Assembly: GCA_026023565.1 (NCBI GenBank)
Contig: JAPETS010000027.1
Span: 310,001-374,000 of the forward strand
Origin: Cirrosporium novae-zelandiae
Taxonomy: Eukaryota
DNA length: 64,000 nt
Direction of reading: 5' to 3'
This document shows positions 50,275 through 61,400 of this stretch, piece after piece. Position 1 is the stretch's first letter. The number at the start of each line of letters is the position of its first letter. The position numbers and the translations under genes are program-made. The notes under the pieces are model-generated. The model had not been told where the DNA came from, did no database searches, and saw only the letters and a list, made by a program, of their open reading frames with translations.

Positions 50275-51247
50275 CTATTCCGTCCTCCTCCACTTAGCCT
50301 CCTCTCCCTCCTCCCCGCCTCCACCTCCATTGACTGCTATTCTCCCTCCCTCAACCTCGGCCTCATCCCTCCCTCGAACCCTCCCCGCCCCTTTCCCCAA
50401 CGGCACCCTAGGATTCCCCTCCTCATCAAAATACTCATGCACATTCTCCGCCGTAATCCACCCACCACTTCCTGGCATCGGGGGTGGTAACCCCGCCTGC
50501 GTCTGAGACTCACTACTACCCTGCAATATCTCAAAGGGAGCAGCATCGCTGTCGGCCATTTCTTGGTCGTCGGCTGAATGGGGGCTGGGGTGGAGGTTGG
50601 AGCAGTTGCTGAGGGCGTTGAAGAGTTGGCTTGCGGAGAATTGAGAGGCTGGTCGTTGGGAGGTGGAAGAAGGGATTATGGTTAGGGAGATTGTGGTGTC
50701 GGAGGAGAAATCATCGAAGGTTGACGAGGGGGGGTTGGGGAGAATTTGCATGTAAAGACCTCGGACTTCAGATGAGGGGGTGGGGAGCCGTTGGACTGCG
50801 TGGACAGTTATGTGGGGGTAGGGAATGTTGAGGCCGCGATTGGCTTGGGTGGAAAAGATTGTGAAGTTTCTGTATTGAGTAGCGAGTCAGTATGAGAAAC
50901 GATATAGGGCTTTTTTGAAATGGAATAGAATGAGGATAATGTACGTACTCAGAACTAACCCATATATCCACACCTTCAATTTCGACTTCTCTTCCTTCCC
51001 CTTCCCCCTCTTCTCCACCATCGACATGTCCATTCTGCCCAGCCTCCCCATTTGCAAAACTGTCAGTACTCAATGCTCGCAGTGAAGGTGTTCGAGCTAA
51101 GTCATTACTGTTTACTAAAAGCTTTGCGCCTTTAGTGGAATAATGCAAAACCGGGGGACCGGAGAAGAAAGAGTCTGGGGTGTGAGACTGGTATGCGGAT
51201 AATAGGATAAAGGAGGATTCAACCGGTGGTGTGTTAATAATCTCCAT
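50275..51247 (-). CDS. LOT5: Lot5/ICln (Voldacs) family protein, 2 exons
   Basis: YQSHTPDSFFSGPPVLHY, LFNALSNCSNLHP and PPPMPGSGGWITAENVHEYFDEEG. Confidence 0.82.
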
Positions 51248-51613
51248 TGTGATTTGAGAGTCTTTGAATTGGTGCTTGAGGGAATATGGTGGAGAGATTT
51301 CCATGAGAGATGATAGCAGTTTGCGCCGGAGAAAAAGACGGGCCGATGGGGCGTAGGGCTGTGTAGGGTGTCAGGGCAGGGGCGTGTAAGTTATTAGAAT
51401 TCAGGAAATCTGCATTAAACTACCTGGAGTGGATGAAGGGGACACTGTAAGAATACCAAGGCCTGCTATTGAAACTTTTTTCTCCTAATAATTGCTTTTA
51501 CAATGCTAAACTTATTCACTTTTTAGATAAGTCATCTAGGCTTTAGTAATACACTATTAAAAATTATAGTAGACGCTTGCACCCCATTAATCCCATCTCT
51601 TTGTCATTCATCC

Positions 51614-54600
51614 TTACTCTTTTAGAAATCCCTTGCTATCATATAGACTTTTTGGTGTCCCCCATACACTTGCTGGGATACCCTCCAATCCCAATCCCAA
51701 TCCTACTCTACCAGTGCCCATTGTATTCCTCCTAATCGGCGTGCTTGGCGCCGACGCCATTGCCCTCGCACCAATCAGGCATTCTCTCTCTTGGCCAATT
51801 ACCCCCACACCCCTCATCCGTTCAGGCGACGATGTCAGTGAAGGAGAGGCCGACAGCCCCATCTGCCTAACACTGACATCGCTCCAGAGGCTCATATTCG
51901 AGCTATTGAGCTCCCTCTGTGTTGGACTTAGGATTCGTCTTTGCATGCTACCCATATTAGACCCCCCTCCCCATGTACTTATCGCTCCAAACCCAAGCAT
52001 GCTCGGGCTAGGACCAGGGCTTATGCTTGGACTTCTGTTTCCCATACGGAGGTAACGGTTGCTATGCCTATCACTTGTACCCGTGGCTTCCGAGTTCATA
52101 CGCCTAAGTGCAATGATGGATTTACGAAGGTCTTCGTCATTCCTGGTGGGAGACGCTGAAGTGAGGGATTTGGTATGAGCTTTATGACTTGGACGTTGGT
52201 ATGGGTGTGAGGTTTTTCTTGATTGATGAGTAGATTTATGACGAGAAGGTAAACTGTTATTGACTGTCAAGGAAGTAAGGTGAGCTACGCTAAGTGGTAA
52301 TGTTGTGGTGCTGGAATTTAGGCTTGGGCTGTAAGTATTATTTCGAGAATTTGTAGTCGAAGGCTGTTCTCTCGGTCCTCGAATACCACTTCCTTTGTAG
52401 TTGGAATAAGGATTCCATGCCGGGGCCGTGAGAAGAGGATTTGGCATTTCTGCTGTTGTTTTACCCCTTGGCCTAGTTTGACGGTAACGCGGGGGTGAGC
52501 TTTGCAACAGGGACGGATAATTCAGAATGGTGTGTGGCGGAGATGGCTCCTTCAATTGCTTGAGTGCTGATGGAGGAGAGGATTGTATTGGAGACCGGTC
52601 TTTTCTTTCTGAATTCTTCCCCTTGCGTGCAGGGTTTAACGGTCGAGGATACGCAACAGGCCACGCCGTGAGTGAAGGAATCGAGACGTTACTGCCTGAA
52701 GTAGGCGACATATAACTAGGAAGATTCTCGTTTGGACTTGGAGGATTGAGTTGAGAATTGGGTTGAGGAAACATGTATGTCGGCAAACTAGGCAAAGTTG
52801 GCGAGCTTTCGCGGGAGAACTGATGAGGTGATGTCGGTGAAACTTCAAAATTAAAGGTCGTTAAAGACGGTGGGCGAGGAAGCGGATGGTTACTATGCAC
52901 TGTTAAGCTAAGCCCGGGGATGTCGGCTTCTTGTGTTGGTGATGGTGTGTGTGAAAGATCCTCTGGTTCCTCTGCGGTAGGTGGGAATGTGTTGGGGCCT
53001 AACAGTATGGGCATCCCAGAAATACGAACACAGTTTTGACGTTTATGGCCTTTCCGTTGACCTGTCGGCCCCTTTAGGGCAGAGTTACGGCGGCTTTGTG
53101 TCGCTGGGTCCCATTGGAACGGATTTCCTGTGGCAACAGTAGCCGGTCGTCTCTGGGGCTGCGACTGAGCAGGCACAACCTGATTACCAGAGACGTTTTG
53201 CAAGACATTAGTGTAGCCATTGTCGAAGCTCTTGGCTTCTAGTGGTTCAAGAATTGATAACCTCTGAGACAAACGTCGTTGGGACATAGAACCGCTAATA
53301 GAGTGGCGAGCTTGGAGTGGGGGCAAAGTAGCAGGAGTTGGGGTCATGAGAAATACATCCTCATAGGAATTTCCCCAATTTTCCCTGGACTGATCGGATG
53401 CTGCTGTAGTTGTGGCTGGTCTTCGGGGGATTTGGCTGGTACTATTGTTTAAATGAGTTGTATATAATCCCGCACTTCCACGTCTCTCTAGGCTAGTTTG
53501 TTCAATGGTGCCGCGGAATGAGGAGCTGGTCTTGTGTTTTTCTCGAAGACAGCGGCGCGTTTGTTTTCCGGGAGGAGAGCCCATTCTAGTAACGCCGGAT
53601 GATTGCCAAGTATATATCGGCTCTTCTCTTGATGAAACATCAGTTATGAGACTCACAGACGTCTGGGGAGACAAAAGGTCACGGGATGCATAATCGCTGT
53701 CTCGCTGGGAAAAAACTTGTGAGCTCCTGTTTCCTAGGATGGAGCTACCTGTTGTTTCATAGCTTGATTGAGAGAACCGAACAGACTTTCTTCGTTGGCT
53801 GTCTGGTTTAGCAATTGCTGGCTTTGGTGGAGGCACCGGAGGAGCAGGGTCTGCAGGTGCTGTCCCCGAGGACTGGCTAATCAGACTGATAGATCTAGGC
53901 ATTGATACTCGATCACCTTGAAGATTGCCTAATTTTCTATTTCCGACTGATGGCTTCAATGCAGATATCAATGAACTATATCTTTGAGCAATCTCCTTTT
54001 CTGAAGGTCTAATATCATCATCGTAACTTGGGCGATGTGGCAGTAAAGGACGTGGTCTCGAATACATGTTTGGCATCGTTTGTGTACGATAAGGTCTATC
54101 GGGCTGTTCATGATGGAGAGGCCCTCCAGAAGGCATCTGCAGGGCCTCGGCACTCTCCTTTGGTGTAGTTTCTGTCGGTAGCTCCGCGATGGTATTGACG
54201 TTTGGTGAACACTTTGACTCAAGATCAGTATGTGAGCGCTCTGTTATAGCCGAGAGCCTTGAGACTGGGAGCTGGCTTAATGGAATACTCGGCGTTACAT
54301 GACGAGGTAGTGGCCAGGACAACATAGATTTGTGACGAGAGCGACCACTACTGGTTTGGCTCTTTGGTTCTTGACTGGCTGCTGGAGGTTGTGAAGGAAG
54401 ATTCTCGTGGGATGTTACGGGATTCCACCCATTTGAGAAGCTATATGGAAGCAGTGAACTCCTTCGTGGTGGTGATGTTAGCTCGGATATTCGGGAATGG
54501 CCATTGTCTCGTGTAGTAGGCTGCCGATGTAATTGCGTGAATATATTCCTCCTCTTCTGTTTGAATTCTTGGTTGTTTGAGCGAATTTGAGAGTCATGAC

Positions 54601-54751
54601 GCCTTGCTCTAACTATACATAGGATAGACATCGATACAAAGAAACTGACACACACTCCGACTATTATACCGATAACAACCCCTGTCGACAAAGTATTTTC
54701 AGAGGCCCGAGAGTGTAGAGTTGTATTCTGAAAGATCCGAATAGCTACCAT
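51614..54751 (-). CDS. Large S/P/R-rich hypothetical protein with a single N-terminal TM helix
   Basis: Uninterrupted ORF of more than 1000 codons; LSTGVVIGIIVGVCVSFFVSMSILCIV followed by RARR; motifs RKGHKRQNCVRIS, LRRMNSE and TPKSLYD..GFLKE. Confidence 0.75.
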   Translation of the reverse strand: MVAIRIFQNTTLHSRASENTLSTGVVIGIIVGVCVSFFVSMSILCIVRARRHDSQIRSNNQEFKQKRRNIFTQLHRQPTTRDNGHSRISELTSPPRRSSLLPYSFSNGWNPVTSHENLPSQPPAASQEPKSQTSSGRSRHKSMLSWPLPRHVTPSIPLSQLPVSRLSAITERSHTDLESKCSPNVNTIAELPTETTPKESAEALQMPSGGPLHHEQPDRPYRTQTMPNMYSRPRPLLPHRPSYDDDIRPSEKEIAQRYSSLISALKPSVGNRKLGNLQGDRVSMPRSISLISQSSGTAPADPAPPVPPPKPAIAKPDSQRRKSVRFSQSSYETTGSSILGNRSSQVFSQRDSDYASRDLLSPQTSVSLITDVSSREEPIYTWQSSGVTRMGSPPGKQTRRCLREKHKTSSSFRGTIEQTSLERRGSAGLYTTHLNNSTSQIPRRPATTTAASDQSRENWGNSYEDVFLMTPTPATLPPLQARHSISGSMSQRRLSQRLSILEPLEAKSFDNGYTNVLQNVSGNQVVPAQSQPQRRPATVATGNPFQWDPATQSRRNSALKGPTGQRKGHKRQNCVRISGMPILLGPNTFPPTAEEPEDLSHTPSPTQEADIPGLSLTVHSNHPLPRPPSLTTFNFEVSPTSPHQFSRESSPTLPSLPTYMFPQPNSQLNPPSPNENLPSYMSPTSGSNVSIPSLTAWPVAYPRPLNPARKGKNSERKDRSPIQSSPPSALKQLKEPSPPHTILNYPSLLQSSPPRYRQTRPRGKTTAEMPNPLLTAPAWNPYSNYKGSGIRGPREQPSTTNSRNNTYSPSLNSSTTTLPLSVAHLTSLTVNNSLPSRHKSTHQSRKTSHPYQRPSHKAHTKSLTSASPTRNDEDLRKSIIALRRMNSEATGTSDRHSNRYLRMGNRSPSISPGPSPSMLGFGAISTWGGGSNMGSMQRRILSPTQRELNSSNMSLWSDVSVRQMGLSASPSLTSSPERMRGVGVIGQERECLIGARAMASAPSTPIRRNTMGTGRVGLGLGLEGIPASVWGTPKSLYDSKGFLKE

Positions 54752-55995
54752 GTTCGTTGATTTCAGGCGAGCTTTGAGTGTAAATAGCGAATATTCCCAA
54801 GTTATAATATTTGCGCGGATACGCACTCTCCTCACGAATGTTTCGACCTTTTTAGTTCATTCATATAATCATCAATCCCCTTCACATATCCGTACGCTGT
54901 CAGAATTTGGAAGACATATGTCAGCGTAGAGGCTTATGTTCGCGAAATGTTGATCTTAGTTTTCGACCGTTGATGCCCTGGATATACTGTAGTTGCGGAA
55001 ATCAGAAATGAAATGTAAAGGACATCGTTGTTGTTTGCCAAGCACGTCCATAATATCCTAAGGGGGATTGGCATGCAAGTAATTCAGCAACATTCCTCAG
55101 GGTGACGGGAGATTCCTCAATCAAGGGGTGGGATTGGAATGTAGATATATTATGGACAAATCAAACGCAACATCCAAAAGAAAACGATATCCAGCCATGA
55201 TATAAGTTCATTCATGTCTGTTATAAGCCGGCTTCAGTGGAAACTTCATATGAAATGAGTAGATGGTAAGCCACCATTGAACCAACCGATATTTCGGGCT
55301 CTTGGAGCAGCCCCCTGCTATTCAGAAGTAATAATCTAAGGAAACAACGGCCCAGCTTGACAGAACACGTCAAAGAGGCTCATCTAGTAATTGTGTTCTG
55401 TTAAGTATCTCAGGTTAACCATATATGTGGAAATAATCAAATCGTGAGGATAGAAGTGTTTGAAAGTCGAAATTGTGTTAAATAAACTTTGAGAGCTATG
55501 GGGGTACATTTATTCTCTTTCCACTCGTAAAATCGGAACTCTTCTTGCTTCGATGGCTGCCTATATATCATGATAGCCCCGATGTTATTTTTTATCTCAA
55601 TCTGCTTGCCGAGGTTCGATGAAATTGTTATCCTCACTAATCTAGAGCCGTTAGAAATCGAATTGCAAGTCTTACTTTCCAGATCATGATAAGCACATAC
55701 CTCTATTGATTTAGTAGGTGTTGAATAAGTTTGATTCCTATTACTTAACAGTATGGACAGACCAAACAAGGGCAGTGCTTAGAGAACTTTGGGACAAGGA
55801 GGATAAACTGCGAAACACTTGGCCTACTAACTTACTCGGAGGCCATGAAGACTTATGAGGCTCTTCAAATCATTCACTATCGGGAAGCTGTGCACAAAAA
55901 TATATATCGTTCTGGGAGGATCAGTCAGTAGTTCAATAATTATCGACTATTAAGGTGTTTCGCCAACCCAACTGCATCCTTTTTAGCTTAGACAT

Positions 55996-58055
55996 TTAAG
56001 TTTCCTTCTCTTCCATCTCGTCTAGGACTCTCATCGCCCTTTCCACTGCTGCCCTAGCCTCTCCCCTTTCCTTTACGATCTCCTCGTCCTCCTTTTTCCG
56101 CCCTAGATTCTCGATTCTATACCTCTGGATTGCCTCCACCTCCCGCAAAACCTTGGCCCCTTGTTCTCTCATGTCGCCAACCCACCTTTCCCTTGCCTGC
56201 TCCCATTTTGACTGTAACCTTTTTAATGAATAAACAAGTCCAAATGCTGCTATAGTACCAGCAGAATAGAGAGAAGCCGCAGGAACGGAAACGAACAAAA
56301 GCCCCGAGAGCACCGCTGTTAGCGTTGTTGTTGAGATCGTTTGGAGAAGGAGAGATTGAGCGCGCGATTGGAGTGGGGGGACAGTGGTGTTCGTGAGGGA
56401 GAGACGGGTGTCAGGGATTTGGATGGGCCAGTACCGGCGTTCAGGGCGTTGGTTTGGATCAATATTTTGTCCCGTTTCCTCAGATTCTAGGTAACTAGGA
56501 CGAATCTGTTTGCCCTTGACCGGGTTTTGCAGAGAAATCTCTTCAGGTAGAAGACCAGCTTGTTGGAGTCGTCCAACAACAAAGATTATTTCCTTCTCAG
56601 ATTCAATGAGCCAATTTCGTTCCATGATTTCGGATGCAATCATGGCGACATCGTCCGCGCGCCAAAATAGTTTCCACCAAGCCAGTTTTCTCCAATTCTT
56701 ACTTACGCAGACACGGTCTAACTCTTTTTGTAGTTCCGTATGCGCAAACTCAGCCCATTTATCAATGGCTTGTAGCAGCGCTCCTCTCGTTTTTTCGGAG
56801 ACGCTCGAGTTTTGAAGCTCTTTAAATTTTAAGGTCTCTTCCATTTCAATATTCTCGGAAGCAGATTGAAGGAGATTTCGGAAATACGAGCGAAGAACTG
56901 GTTTTAATTCGGTGTTCCGGTCTGTCCCCTGAGAAACCCATTCTATTACTGCATCAATCTTGCTCTGCGTCCACTCTTGCTCATATGCCAAGGAGTTGTT
57001 CACCGACTTCCGAAATATTGCAAGGGCATTGGCCCCACTAGAAGATACAACAGGAAGTATGTTTTTCTTCTCAAGCACTTCTCCAGCTTTTGGTAGCCCT
57101 GCCACATCCATAGCCACCTTCAGCAGTGTGAAATCCTCAGCCCTTATAGTCATCTGGCTTGGGTCCAGTTTAGTTAAATTAATGATCCCATCAACACCCT
57201 CCCCGTATATTAGAGTCTTATGTACAGGGTGGGTCATCGATGCATATCTCCCACCACTATCGGTAGATTCCAGTATAGGGACTAAGGCCCGCTCTAAAAG
57301 GTTCGGAATTTTTAGTGTTTGATTGGTATCAGTTTCAATAGTTCTTCCACCATAGGTTTCGATGGTTGATATGAGAATCTCGAGATTATGCTTGTGTAGG
57401 AAATGTGAAGGAATGGCCAGGCTTGATATGAGCATGCTTTGTCTCACAAGTTTTGGTTCTTCGCCATACCTGTTGGCACAAATTTAGCAGAGGAAATAAG
57501 TTAATGTATAATGTTTAGATCTCACCGGAGAAGAAGGCCAGGTGTGGTAGGAGATTGTAAAGTGCCATCGTCGCTATACAGCTCCTTCTCCCAGGTTCCC
57601 TCCTCCTTCAGCGGATCTGAAACCAGTAAACGAACAAATTTTTGAGTGGCCGGTGTACCATTTATACCAAGTACTATTAAAGTACCATAGATCAGCCCTT
57701 GTTCCCACATGAGAGAGTACTTCAACCTACCGGCTACCCTAATGATCGGATCCCTCGACTCCAAACTTCTCAGAGCCAGTTGGAGCCTACTAAGGCTAAC
57801 ATAATTTGTCGCCTTGTCATTCACCTTATTCAAAGCTTCATGTAGATTTTTTAAGCGTGGTGATATCTCGGCTTGGGGGGTTGGAGCTCCTCTAATAGCC
57901 ACGGAGGACGCGGATTGACTTTGGAATGAACGGCTCACGACGGGTTTCGAATGATATGAATTCAGGCTGGTGAGTCGCCATAGTGAGCAATTGGGACAGA
58001 AGAAGATGCCCCTCTTCTTTGCCAACGTGCGATGGACGCGGAGTCGTGGAGGCAT
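55996..58055 (-). CDS. Mmc1-like mitochondrial protein, 3 exons
   Basis: FFCPNC-containing presequence, YVSLSRLQLALRSL, WRKLAWWKLFWRADDV and a C-terminal hydrophobic hairpin with LKRLQSKWE. Confidence 0.7.
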
Positions 58056-58495
58056 GTGGATGTTGAAAGATGGAGGTTATGCGAAAACGCAGTGTATGGT
58101 CCGAGCTTGCGATTGGATGAAAGCCCACTTTATCATCAGAGTACTCCATTCATTGCACGGTTCAAAATACTGTCACTGTCCAAACATATCCACTAGCTGA
58201 GCCGTTATTGTTTTGTCGACTCTTTCTCTAGTGACTACAAAATAGATTTGAGTTCTGAATTTCATAAATATATTCGTTCGATTTATAAAGTACCCGAAAT
58301 GGTTTTAACCACCATGAAGAGAGATATCCTAACAAAAGTTCAAATGGGTATCACAAAGGCCGCCACCCCAAAACGTAGGAAAAGTAGGAAAACATAAGAA
58401 AACATAATGCATAAAAGGTTTCTAATCTCGGACATTCCCGATTTCGATACCATGTTGATTTGATTTTCAGTGAATACCATGCGAAGACATCCGCC

Positions 58496-61400
58496 TTATT
58501 CCATTTCTTCAATCCATTGATCAATGTCCGGGTCGGGGAACTCATCGTCCTCCCCCTCCTGACCATTCTCAACCTCTTCCATACGCTTAACGAATTTGCT
58601 GTCAATCTTGAGCGATAGGTATACAGGCATGGTAACTATGCGGAATGGGTCGCCGCTATTCATGGGCTTAATGTTACACAACTGTTCTCCTGCCACGTAC
58701 CATGGATATCTTGCGTCCCCATCCCCATATAAGTTGTAAGCACAAGAAGCCCGCAAGAGATGCCATTTAGGGCAATTTTCGTTTGCCATACCGAAAGACC
58801 ACCTTGAAATGAGGTCACTGTCACTCGGCTCGTCTGGCGGCATAATGCTCTGAAAGGCTTCATAGCTATTTTGAACCGTATCCTTGAACGAGATGTTTGG
58901 TTCATCTTCTTTATCAGGGTTAACCCTCGTTTGTTCCTCCCAGTCAATATGGGCTTTCTTGATCTGGTTCTCAAGTCCCCGTAATACTTTTAAAAGATGT
59001 GGCTTTCCTTGCTTTGCCAACTGGTTCGCGAATTTTAGCTCCGTCTTCCAGACTTGTGTGAGTACGGTATCTTTGGGCGCTACTACTTTACCCCAATGAT
59101 TGTGGAAGTTGCTAAGGGCTTTGTTGACCTCCTCTTCTGCAACCCAGAATTTAAGATAATCGAGCACATTGCTTTTTTTCCTTCTTTGTGGATTAGAAGA
59201 TTTGTAGGCCGGGGGAACTAATGACTTTTTCCCGGCGATCCTTTTTGAAAAGTTAAACCAGGCTGATTCGGTGAACTTGTAGCCTTGTTTCGGGGCGTCC
59301 ACGAGAAGACTAGCTAAATGTGCCAATTTCGTGGCTTCTAGACAGCTAAGGTTGTTGGTGCAATAGCATACCGTTTCTAGAAGGTTGGTACATAACCCAA
59401 GGAACGATGAATTTAAATTGAATTCGAAACTCGCTGATAGAAAACGATCTGCTAGGTCGGATTTAGTGTGAAACTCACGTTGGCGCTTGCTAGTGGGCTG
59501 ACACGTTCCAACGTCTGGAAGTACTGCACTCAAAGGTGTCTTATCTTGAATAATTCCAAATTCATCTAGTCCAGGCAAGGTTTTGGTATCCAGAAGGTCA
59601 GCATTGACAAAATCTTTTACCAAACTTTCATTCCAGCAAGTCCAGACACGATCACCATCGTAATCTCCGCCAGATAGCAAGTGAGCCAAAGGAACTTTGC
59701 CAACTGAAGGAAAGACAATGACGTTCTTAAAATGACTAAGTTCGAAGTGCCACACGGCTCTCCGCCTTTGAATATCTGACGGGAAAGCAGCCGGGAGACG
59801 TGCAACTAAAACATCTACTTCGTGAAGTAAGATGTCTTCAGAACCTGTAAAATTTTCAGAAAATCCCAGATGTACCTCGTTCTCTTTCAAAACGCCATAA
59901 GGATCCGCAATACAATATGGGTATGCTGACTGTGGGACTTGGATTTGGAATTTTTCGATCCGACGGTTAAGATAATCCCGCAAGGCGTCTTTCAATAATA
60001 TTTTCAATGGTTGACAAGAAGAGGGGACAAAGCCACTATCTAGAAGTATATTGATCTGTTCGTCTCGGGATTTTGGGAATGACCCCCGCTTCTCAATGTC
60101 CATATACCTAACTCGCTCCTCGGTCGATGAACTCATCATTTGTATCCATTTCTTTGTTGAGAGTGGACTATCCATGGACATATCTAAAGCTTCGGCAAAT
60201 GATTTAATGTCATCTATCATCAACTGTTCTAAAAGTTTCCGAGGGACTCCGCGATTTATAAGGATCAGAATCAACTGGTAGTTGAGAGCCGCCGGGCTTA
60301 GTCGACTGGACCACGCTACAACTTCAAAAGCCCACTGGAAGGGGTCTGGGATAGATTTATCAAACGCAGGATGCGGTTTAACCTTTAACTGCTGATCCGT
60401 GATTTCAATCCAATAATTTCTTTCGGTCTTGACCCCATCGGGCGGGGAACAGTCTTTCCTTTCAACCATCCAAACACCTTTGGCGCCAGCGATACGACCC
60501 TGAAACACGCTGGGAACTCGATTTTCAAGATGTAAAGACTTGGAAATTTCGGCTGCTAATTCCCACGACATTCTTGCACAGCCATCGTTCATTACCATTG
60601 GTTTGTCGGATGGGCTTTGTGGTGTTGAGAGCGTGTCTGCTCTATAGACAATCTCTCCTGGATACAAAACAGCGGTTTGATATGTTTTTGAGAGGCCCAA
60701 ATGAAGACGCTGAAAAGCTTTACAATATGCCATCGAAGAATTGGAGGAGCTATGTAGATGCCAATCAACAAGGTCCGAGATGTGCAAAGTCGATATATCG
60801 CTACCAGATATGGCAAATAAATAGACTCGGAATTTATTTTTATTCCCTTTTTTCGTCGCCATACCTTTCTCTTGATCAACATAAAGAGCCTTCCAGACCC
60901 TTCCTAGGAAGTGATGCTCCTCTGTTCCAAGCCAAGTTGCAACAGCTCTTTGAAAATTTTCAGAATCATGTTGAAACTTTTTTGGGATATCATGTTTGGC
61001 AAGTGATGGAATTCCAATAGTTAAAAATCTGTGGCTTCCAAAACGCCGCAAAAAACGCGAGCTTCGTTCTAAGCGAAGAGGGTTGAGATTGAAGTCAAAA
61101 ATAAAATCCTTGGATCCTGACCACGATAACTGGCCCGAGAGAGATATCGAATTGCTCGTATTCGGGTCTTCAAAGGTATCTACTGCCTTTTCCCATACTT
61201 TGGAATTAGTTTTCGGCGGGAGAGATTTATCCTTATTCTGAGCAAGCCTCTGAGCCCACTCCCAAAATCTATTGTATTCTGTGTTTCTGGCAACATCAAG
61301 GCCCCTGTTCATTTCTTCTAACATAATACCCCAAGACCTACCGATCCGTTCTACTTCATACCTCATACGAAGCGGCAATTTACCGAGGTAAGAGGGACTT

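Noticed and set aside
58496..61378. Endogenous viral RdRP
   Set aside because: The motifs are of the cellular double-psi-barrel type (DxDGD), it has a spliceosomal intron, and there is no viral GDD context.
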